Origin: Macrostomum lignano
Taxonomy: Eukaryota
DNA length: 57,553 nt
Direction of reading: 5' to 3'
NCBI GenBank assembly: GCA_002269645.1
Contig: NIVC01004157.1
Location: forward strand, 1 to 57,553
Positions within the stretch are counted from its first letter, which is position 1. Each line of letters begins with the position of its first letter. The notes under the pieces were generated by a model. It ran no database searches. It had not been told where the DNA came from and was given only the letters and a program-made list of their open reading frames with translations. This document shows, one piece after another, positions 50,701-57,553 of this stretch. Position numbers and translations under genes: made by a program.

Positions 50701-53700
50701 GACCTACTTATAGTAGTTTGGTTAAATAAAAATTATATCCTGTACGGCTTGCCAATCGCGCGGCACTCACATCCGGGTGGAGAAGATCGGATTATCCGTG
50801 AAGGCGTCGTGCGCGAGTGCGAACAGCCGAATAGCTCGGGACACTCGGTTCCGCTGGAAATTGTCGTAGATTCGCCTGGCAACCGCCTCGGCCGTCTCCT
50901 CCTCGCCGATGCCCTCTTCCTCCTCGTCTTCGGCGGCTGCGTCGCCCTCGGAGTCGTCGCCGTCGGCTGCCCGAGCGGCGGCGGGGGCTTCGGCAGCATC
51001 GGTGGCTGAAGCGGCGGCCGCCGACCGAACCTGCTGGCTGAGCAGCTGCAGCACCTTGGGAATGATGCGGCGTCGCCAGGTGAGCTCCTTCTGCACCAGC
51101 TCCGGGTCCTGCGACGCCTCCAGCTCCTGCAGGATCTGGTAGGGAAGCGGAGGGGCGAGTGAGCACCAGTAAAGCTTAATGAGCCTCGGGAGTCTCATGA
51201 GCATTGAATACTTCCAATGATCATCAGGAGTGACTCAAAAGCATCAGGAGTGACTCAAAAGCATCAGGGGTGACTCATAAGCATCAGGAGTGACTCATAA
51301 CCATCAGGAGTGAGTCATAAGCATCAAGAGTGACTCAAAAGCATCAGGAGTGACTCAAAAGCATCAGGAGTGACTCAAAAGCATCAGGAGTGACTCATAA
51401 GCATCAGGAGTGAGTCATAAGCATCAGGAGTGACTCAAAAGCATCAGGAGTGACTCATAAGCATCAGGAGTGACTCAAAAGCATCAGGAGTGACTCAAAA
51501 GCATCAGGAGTGAGTCATAAGCATCAGGAGTGACTCATAAGCATCAGGAGTGACTCAAAAGCATCAGGAGTGAGTCATAAGCATCAGGAGTGACTCATAA
51601 GCATCAGGAGTGAGTCATAAGCATCAGGAGTGACTCATAAGCATCAGGAGTGACTCATAAGCATCAGGGGTGACTCAAAAGCATCAGGAGTGACTCATAA
51701 GCATCAGGAGTGAGTCATAAGCATCACAGATGACGCATAATCAACAGAAGAATTGTCGCAAAAGCGCCAGGACTGACCCAACAGCTAAGCCAGCATCCTA
51801 CCTTGACTTCTCTCTCGAAGTCGGCATTGAGCTGGTCAGTGGGCACCCGCACAGCCGGGTTGCACTCCAGCATGGCGGCCAGGATCTTCATGCTGTGCTT
51901 CCTGGCCATGGCGGAGGTGTCCAGCAGCGAGCCCTGCGGCCCGGCGATCAGCTCAACCAGGCGGCCCATTCGCTCGTACGGCAGCGACTTGGCCTCGACA
52001 ATCTGCAGCCAGATCTGCAGGCAGCGGGAGCGGACGAATCCGTTCAGATCGTGCACGTGCTCCTCCAGGGTGTCCAGGTAGCGGTCCACCTTGGCCCGCT
52101 GCTTGGAGTCCAGCTCAGAGTTGGATAGGTAGCGCTTGCTCAGGATAGAGGAGATCATGCTCAGCACGCAATTGCGCAGGGAGTACGGATCGCAGGCAAG
52201 GCGCTCCTGCGGATCAAGGCAACCAAAATATGCAATTATGTTTCTAATGCTAATCAGAGTACGCGGATAAAGGATGACGGCACACATCAAAGAGAGTGGG
52301 ATGGGGATGGCGGCAGACATCAAAAAGAGAGCGGCGATTGGGATGGCAGCAGACATCAGAGAGTGGGAACTATGATGGCGGCAGACATAGAGTGGGATGG
52401 GGAAGGCGGCAGACATCAAAGAGTGGGATGGGGAAGGCGGCAGACATCAAAGAGTGGGATGGAATGGCGGCAGACATCAAAGAGTGGGATGGAATGGCGG
52501 CAGACATCAAAGAGTGGGATGGGATGGCGGCAGACATCAAAGAGAGTGGGATGGGGATGGCGGCAGACATCAAAGAGAGCGGCGATTGGGATGGCAGCAG
52601 ACATAGAGTGGGATGGGGATGGCGGGAGACATCAAAGAGTGGGATGGGGAAGGCGGCAGACATCAAAGAGTGGGATGGGGAAGGCGGCAGACATCAAAGA
52701 GTGGGATGGGGAAGGCGGCAGACATCAAAGAGTAGGATGGATGGCGGCAGACATTAAAGAGTGGGATGGGGAAGGCGCAGACATCAAAGAGTGGGATTGG
52801 GATGGCGGCAGACATCAAAGAGTGGGATGGGATGGCGGCAGACATTAGAGAATTATACAAAAAACAAACCTTGAAGTGCGGCAGGCTCTGCTCGGCAATA
52901 TCCGGGTGCAGCTGGGTGAACTCAACCAGAAAAGTGCACAGCGCCCCAGTTCCCGCCGTGTTCTTCTCCAAGTCGGCGGATGAGTAGCTGGCCAGCTCCT
53001 GCGGCAGGTGGAGTGAGGCGATTCAGTGTGGAGTTCTGGGTTGGGGGGATTCTCTCAGCGGGTTGGGGGCGATTCTCTCAGAGTGGATTGGGAGCGATTC
53101 TCTCAGAGTGGATTGGGGGCGATTCTCTCAGAGTGGATTGGGGGCGATTCTCTCAGAGTGGATTGGGGGCGATTCTCTCAGAGTGGATTGGGGGCGATTC
53201 TCTCAGAGTGGATTGGGGGCGATTCTCTCAGAGTGGATTGGGGGCGATTCTCTCAGAGTGGATTGGGGGCGATTCTCTCAGAGTGGGTTGGGGGCGATTC
53301 TCTCAGAGTGGATTGGGGGCGATTCTCTCAGAGTGGGTTGGGGCGATTCTCTCAGAGTGGGTTGGGGTGATTCTCTCAGAGTGGGTTGGGGCGATTCTCT
53401 CAGAGTGGGTTGGGGGCGATTCTCTCAGAGTGGGTTGGGGACGATTCTCTCAGAGTGGATTGGGGGCGATTCTCTCAGAGTGGGTTGGGGCGATTCTCTC
53501 AGAGTGGGTTGGGGTGATTCTCTCAGAGTGGGTTGGGGCGATTCTCTCAGAGTGGGTTGGGGCGATTCTCTCAGAGTGGGTTGGGGCGATTCTCTTAGAG
53601 TGGATTGGGGGCGATTCTCTCAGAGTGGGTTGGGGGCGATTCTCTCAGAGTGGGTTGGGGACGATTCTCTCAGAGTGGATTGGGGGCGATTCTCTCAGAG

Positions 53701-55913
53701 TGGGTTGGGGGCGATTCTCTCAGAGTGGATGGGGGCGATTCTCTCAGAGTGGATGGGGGCGATTCTCTCAGGGTGTGTTGGAGGTGGTTCGGCATTGAAG
53801 CGCTAGTTCGCACCTGCAGGAAGGCGGACACGAAGCAGCGCATATCGTTCTGCTGGCCAGCCAGAAAGCCGTTAACCAGGTGCACGACCTGATTGGGCTG
53901 AGGCTGCTCGCACATGACCAGCAGCTGGCTCAGCTTGATGGCGCCCGTCCGGCTGTAGTTGTAGCTGCGCACCAGCCTGGTCAGGATGCTGGTCACGGGT
54001 TCGCGCACCTCCTGGATGCGGATGAAGCTAGGGTTGTCCAGCACCCGGAAGCACAGGTCTCCAATGAGGTTGACGAAGTCCTCCTCAATGACTGGCGGCT
54101 CCCACAGCATGTGCAGCTGCAGCAGGCACAGCTGCTTCACCTGTTCGACCAGGCCGGAGACTTCGTCGTCCCAGCGCAGGCGGATCATCTCGGCGCAGGC
54201 GGCGCTTGACGCCTTCTTCTTGCGGCCCTTCTTGGTGCCCGGGATCGGCTTGCCGCTGCCCAGGTCCGCCTCAAACAGCTCCAGCTGCTGCGTCACCAGG
54301 AACATCTGGGAGGGGGAGGGTGGCTTGTGTCGCCTGCTAGCTGGATGTTGGGGGCCTGGCTGCACCTTCAGTGCTTCAGGGTGTCCTGAGTCTGCCTTCA
54401 GTGCTTCAGGGTGCCCTGAGTCTGTCTTCAGTGCTTCAGGGTGTCCTAAGTTTGCCTTCAGTGCTTCAGGGTGCCCTGAGTCTGCCTTCAGTGCTCCAGG
54501 GTGCCCTGAGTCTGCCTTCAGTGCTTCAGGGTGTCCTAAGTTTGCCTTCAGTGCTTCAGGGTGTCCTGAGTCTGCCTTCAGTGCTCCAGGGTGTCCTGGG
54601 TCTGCCTTTAGTGCTCCAGGGTGCCCTGAGTCTGCCTTCAGTGCTTCAGGGTGTCCTGAGTCTGCCTTCAGTGCTCCAGGGTGCCCTGGGTCTGCCTTCA
54701 GTGCTTCAGGGTGTCCTAAGTTTGCCTTCAGTGCTTCAGGGTGTCCTGAGTCTGCCTTCAGTGCTCCAGGGTGCCCTGAGTCTGACTTCAGTGCTTCAGG
54801 GTGTCCTAAGTTTGCCTTCAGTGCTTCAGGGTGTCCTAAGTTTGCCTTCAGTGCTCCAGGGTGTCCTGAGTCTGCCTTCAGTGCTTCAGGGTGTCCTAAG
54901 TTTGCCTTCAGTGCTCCAGGGTGTCCTGAGTCTGCCTTCAGTGCTCTGGGGTGTCCTGAGTCTGCCTTCAGTGCTCTGGGGTGTCCTGAGTCTGCCTTCA
55001 GTGCTCCAGGGTGTCCTGAGTCTGCCTTCAGTACTTCAGGGTGTCCTGAGTCTGCCTTCAGTGCTTCAGGATGTCCTAAGTGCCTTCAGTGCTCCAGGGT
55101 GTCCTGAGTCTGCCTTCAGTGCTCTGGGGTGTCCTGAGTCTGCCTTCAGTGCTCTGGGGTGTCCTGAGTCTGCCTTCAGTGCTCTGGGGTGTTATAAGTC
55201 TGCCACACTAAGTCTGTCTTGGAGTGCTTAATGATCTCAAAGTTTATCTTCAGCGCCTGCGCCAGGGTCTTCAGTGGTCCCTGGTTCCCTTTGTGTGTCC
55301 AGTGACGCCAGGGTCTTCAGTGGTCCCTGGTTCCCTTTGTGTGTCCAGTGACGCCAGGGTCTTCAGTGGTCCCTGGTTCCCTTTGTGTGTCCAGTGACGC
55401 CAGGGTCTTCAGTGGTCCCTGGCTCCCTTTGTGTGTCCAGTGACGCCAGGGTCTTCAGTGGTCCCTGGCTCCCTTAGTGTGTCCAGTGAACCAAAGCCAG
55501 AAATAAATCTGCCTGACTGCCAGACCAACCCACCAGCATCTTCAGCGCATTCCTGGCGTGGCAGCGCTCATCAGACGACATTCCGGGCGAGTCGCCAGTG
55601 ACGTCACGAGCGACTTGGCCAGGCTGACAACGGTGAAGTGACAGCACTCGGCCAGGATGTCCCAGGCGTCCTCCTTGGCGGACTGGGCAATGTCCTGCCA
55701 GTGGCAGAGCAGGCTGTAGAGCGCATTGAAGCCGTGCAGGGGGAACAGGGACCGGTGCGACTGCAGCAGGCCGCGGCACTCCTTCAGGCGAGCTGGCAGG
55801 CTGTGGGCCCCAAACAGTTCGCTAACATAGAACTGGCGGGGCGCTCGCTTCTGCAAATCCTCGCGAGCAACTGGGAAGAAAAATTCTGGCACTGACTGAC
55901 TGCTTGAGCTCAT
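32737..55913 (-). CDS. NCAPD2: Condensin I HEAT subunit CAP-D2 (Cnd1), ~1481 aa if one missing base in exon 1 is restored. Exons 55913-55534, 54305-53814, 52998-52870, 52206-51802, 51135-50771, 50225-50113, 48669-48173, 45751-45374, 44888-44472, 43891-43244, 33357-32737.
   Basis: Recognisable CAP-D2 segments: NALKM, LWEPPVIEEDFVNL, ELGLEGASADD, IRANLIVALGDLAKRFPNLVEPWT, NDMIKVKGQISEM, NALYNVLPDIINRLSD, LVEKLCIRLR. All junctions are GT-AG and phase-compatible. Summed exons are 4445 nt, one short of a multiple of 3. Confidence 0.92.
34049..38198 (+). CDS. Transposon accessory (TnpA-position) gene, ~390 aa, acidic/low-complexity middle and BEN-like C-terminus. Exons 34049-34246, 36655-37219, 37376-37470, 37688-37877, 38074-38198.
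   Basis: Four GT-AG introns with matching phases give a stop-free 1173-nt CDS. The C-terminus SKFIRAYASARYGVEYVQSHVFG...AWTAVKDSLNRLG resembles the BEN pattern (inference). Confidence 0.68.
34810..36059 (-). mobile_element. Full-length mariner element (1250 bp) in intron 1 of the accessory gene
   Basis: 30-bp TIRs TTGGGCTGTTAGGAAAATTCTGTCCGTTTT / (rc) TTGGGTTGTTAGGAAAGTTCTGTCCGTTTT. TA TSD at 34808-34809 and 36060-36061. Confidence 0.93.
34884..35915 (-). pseudogene. Mariner D,D34D transposase (343 codons) with one premature TAG
   Basis: WTPHDL, TGDEKW, HDNARPH and YSPDLAPTD with 34 residues between the second and third Asp. TAG at 35324-35322 replaces the second Trp of the CCWWD motif and the frame is unchanged. 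Confidence 0.9.
38659..41055 (+). CDS. CACTA/EnSpm-type (Tnp2-like) DDE transposase, 798 aa, uninterrupted
   Basis: LSADGANFFK, SVWP, NLP..LR, CDLPA, KQFNGQFACPRC, VDSMHCLWEG, NFHLLYHL, FGPL, MFPFES. Lies between CCC-ended TIRs. Confidence 0.88.
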   Translation: MSSSSESLSSGSSESLSSGSSESLSSGSSYVSMSVDSSTHSIDTSMGEYSDSSSSAAIQANVGEQPTIAIPADDENEVQAAGPSDIEHPEIFSADEDSNLLSVFCIQGISMEVKCALLMLWMILSNVSKKAVKNMLRLISILSPRAALPTSYKAMEAVLLRSFILKPDFVVKVCLACLLINCSEHPVDSFEGLWLLNVNHQVELTVERHLNDILSYQRELRRGFQTDILNSAVSNELETGSSPDIFHLYFLLSADGANFFKVSEMSVWPFCALCLNLPVRLRQKFVNIITIALFTNRGKPNFEKFLPTILNRLPSCVKVRNVTFFLHFSFFTCDLPALSHLFGIKQFNGQFACPRCILPGKSLKVSEKGQVRVFPAVHGIPLRTNAMHAQHLTVLKAQGLKDYFGIKRETALLKIIRFPENFIVDSMHCLWEGQVKHILAFLTDSKTKSCNPNHYRVLGSASVNVIDSQIMQLKLPQGISNVPPISQLSLWKAKTYKIFALYLFPSILLPRIENPELRGLLLLLNSIYNLLYSQNSCVSTLKRLCNMFLNLCPEFFGERVMLLNFHLLYHLPDQYERFGPLYCASMFPFESAMHGFNMLHFGSRFHGKQISEKFFWLKVLLYSLQPAAGSNPSISDALLVIAKHYCNPPERENRTLGASGGKILTTTSADCTLKTCSSYVLDVSNSYFAINHFADSKIFGSFLTPQCRLIDLLFNAVPDFTNIGASASEQAIFLAFFTSDVPLRNMLIFTSQEPTRENYNCIRLTDVAARCIRVDVNFPNLPSGSFCLVPLLEECEHD
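42090..43170. repeat. 22-bp minisatellite (CCACTATGGGCTTGCTTCAGGG), CAP-D2 intron 10
   Basis: Visible tandem units. Confidence 0.95.
43896..44395. repeat. 25-bp minisatellite (GAGTGAGTGAAGAGTGAGTGAACAG), CAP-D2 intron 9
   Basis: Visible tandem units abutting the acceptor. Confidence 0.95.
44985..45310. repeat. 31-32 bp minisatellite (GCAGAGCACAGGCTGCTGAGGGACTGGAGAGG), CAP-D2 intron 8
   Basis: Visible tandem units. Confidence 0.93.
45790..48165. repeat. 12/24-bp minisatellite (GTCGGTAAAATTGTCGGTGAATGT), ~2.4 kb, CAP-D2 intron 7
   Basis: Visible tandem units filling nearly the whole intron. Confidence 0.96.
49278..49915. repeat. 30-bp minisatellite (CATGACCCAGAAAGTGTCCCGTGACCTACG), CAP-D2 intron 6
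   Basis: Visible tandem units. Confidence 0.95.
51222..51725. repeat. 20-bp minisatellite (GCATCAGGAGTGACTCAAAA), ~25 copies, CAP-D2 intron 4
   Basis: Visible tandem units, each with TGACTCA or TGAGTCA. Confidence 0.95.
52280..52850. repeat. ~25-30 bp minisatellite (GGGATGGCGGCAGACATCAAAGAGT), CAP-D2 intron 3
   Basis: Visible tandem units. Confidence 0.93.
53040..53772. repeat. 24-25 bp minisatellite (GGGGCGATTCTCTCAGAGTGGATTG), CAP-D2 intron 2
   Basis: Visible tandem units. Confidence 0.95.
54362..55195. repeat. 30-bp minisatellite (GTGTCCTGAGTCTGCCTTCAGTGCTTCAGG), CAP-D2 intron 1
   Basis: Visible tandem units. Confidence 0.95.
55258..55490. repeat. 46-bp minisatellite (CAGTGACGCCAGGGTCTTCAGTGGTCCCTGGTTCCCTTTGTGTGTC), ~5 copies, CAP-D2 intron 1
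   Basis: Visible tandem units. Confidence 0.93.
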
Positions 55914-57553
55914 AGTAGGGCATAAAAATTCAGTAATAAACTTGAGTAGCACTGCTCATCAAGACTGTGTATTTAGTCTACTAACTTAATTTTAGCCAAA
56001 AAAGGTCGTCTGGAAATAAAGTTTATTGTAATTTTTGCAATCAACTTATGAACTAAATTACTTTGACATTTATACTTAGAAATAGTATGATCAGTAAAAG
56101 ATAATCTATTATATATTATCAATATTGATATTTATTGATATTTAAATCTAATCTAATCTAGTTATTAATCTTATGGCTTAGGCCCACAAATACTAGAAAA
56201 ATTGGATAGGCCAATCAGCACATTTGCATGCAAAGTACTTTCAGTTCAGTAGTAAGTTAAACTAATGTATTTTAATATATTTTTTAAAGACGAGGCTTAT
56301 TTATTGGCTATTACCTTCCCCAAAGCTTCAATGCTTAAACTCCACAGAACCTCTATCCCTGCCCTGCCACCAAAATTTTATTATCTTCCTTGGTTGTTCC
56401 AGCCTAAATCTGCCTTGTACATTTCAGTGGCCAATGTACATTATGGTTGAACCAATTAGCAAGCTATTTACATCTGCAAGCTTGGGCTTATAAACTTATC
56501 AAAGATATCTTAGCTGTTTTTCTTTATAAAATAGCTTTGGTCTTCTTTTTTGCTACTGAACTTAAAATAGAAAGCTTTTTGCAAAGTATATATGCATGAG
56601 TGGCTTATCTAATTATTCTAGTATTTGTGCTTAGGCCTAAGCATGAATGAAACAATATATATTAGTTGAACATTTAAATATTTATGTTTATAATTTAGTA
56701 TAAACTTTTATCAATAAGCCCTATAATATAAAAACTAGATTAGCTACTATCTATATATATAATGAGACCAACTCCTCTGCTAGAGAAAGGGAAAAAACAC
56801 CCATTACTGGAAATCTATTTCCTGAAATCCATCAGCTGAATTCCATGACCCAAATCCCATCATCCAACACCTTTCAAAAACAGAAATCCTCTCTGTGAAA
56901 CCAGACTCAATGGCAATTTTCTCCATCAAACAGAACTCTCAGGATTCATTAATTAGGGTTAGGATTAGGGTTAGAGCTATTCACAGCTGCCTGTTAAAAG
57001 GCGCCACTAAAAAACATTGAACCAATTGAATCAATTGATTATGCAACTGATTTCTCAGACAATCAGTATCAGTCTTGGTTAAAGTTAATAAAATGATTGC
57101 ACACCTAAATCAACCCCCCCCCAATACACAGCAACAGACCCCTTCCAATATGCAGTACAGCTAGAAATTGAACCTCCAAACTCTTGCGGGGTTTTTTGAA
57201 CCTTCATTGAAGCCCAAAATGGTACAATCTTTGCAGAAAGTTAAAAGTATGAAAATTGTTTTGAATGTTGTGCTTTTCAATTTCATATTTAAAGAAAACA
57301 ACTTATATCCCTGAATTCAGCATTTCAAGATCTTTTTAGAAATATAAGTCTCTCCTCTCAAATTTTAAAATTTGAGGAACAGTTAATGTTTGAACTTCCC
57401 AATTTAAAGCATTGAAGTATCTCGTGTACATTCACTTGCCTGCTAGCTAGTAAAAAGAGGCTTGCAATTTTATTCATTGAATTTCACTGCCTAGCTAATA
57501 CACAGCCTTTTGAAAAATTCCAATAATAAAACCAATTGAATCTCAACACAGTC

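Noticed and set aside
55580-55640. Programmed ribosomal frameshift or micro-intron as the explanation of the CAP-D2 frameshift
   Set aside because: No slippery heptamer, and the only suitably placed GT..AG (8 nt) is too short for an intron.
56953-56977. TTAGGG-like run (ATTAGGGTTAGGATTAGGGTTAGAG)
   Set aside because: Only about four degenerate units, not enough for an interstitial telomere call.

Overview
Eukaryotic (animal) genomic DNA with short GC-rich exons, GT-AG introns and very dense minisatellites. The style suggests a flatworm such as Macrostomum, but that is inference only. Most long ORFs in the supplied track are artefacts of stop-free repeats. Genes reconstructed by hand from splice sites: the 5' part of a Tbx20/H15-like T-box gene (-), a 2-exon DXD glycosyltransferase (+), a 5-exon atypical RERG/RASL-type small GTPase (+), a WSC-domain pseudogene with a PAN-like fragment (+), a 3-exon ankyrin-repeat gene (+), and an 11-exon condensin I subunit CAP-D2/NCAPD2 gene (-, one frameshift). 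The last CAP-D2 intron holds an 8.7-kb, apparently intact CACTA/EnSpm (CMC) transposon. It encodes a transposase and a spliced BEN-like accessory gene and carries a nested mariner. Other elements defined by TIRs and TSDs: a hAT-type MITE amplified 5 times inside a minisatellite, a P-type MITE holding a 36-bp probable excision footprint, a non-autonomous CMC element with a SINE and a further element nested inside it, and a CORE-like SINE. The most unusual signals are (i) sharply bounded CpG-free, TAGGCCTA-rich patches that suggest CpG-targeted mutation including transversions, (ii) the P-like footprint, and (iii) intronic minisatellites whose units are multiplied splice signals. All counts and alignments were done by eye.
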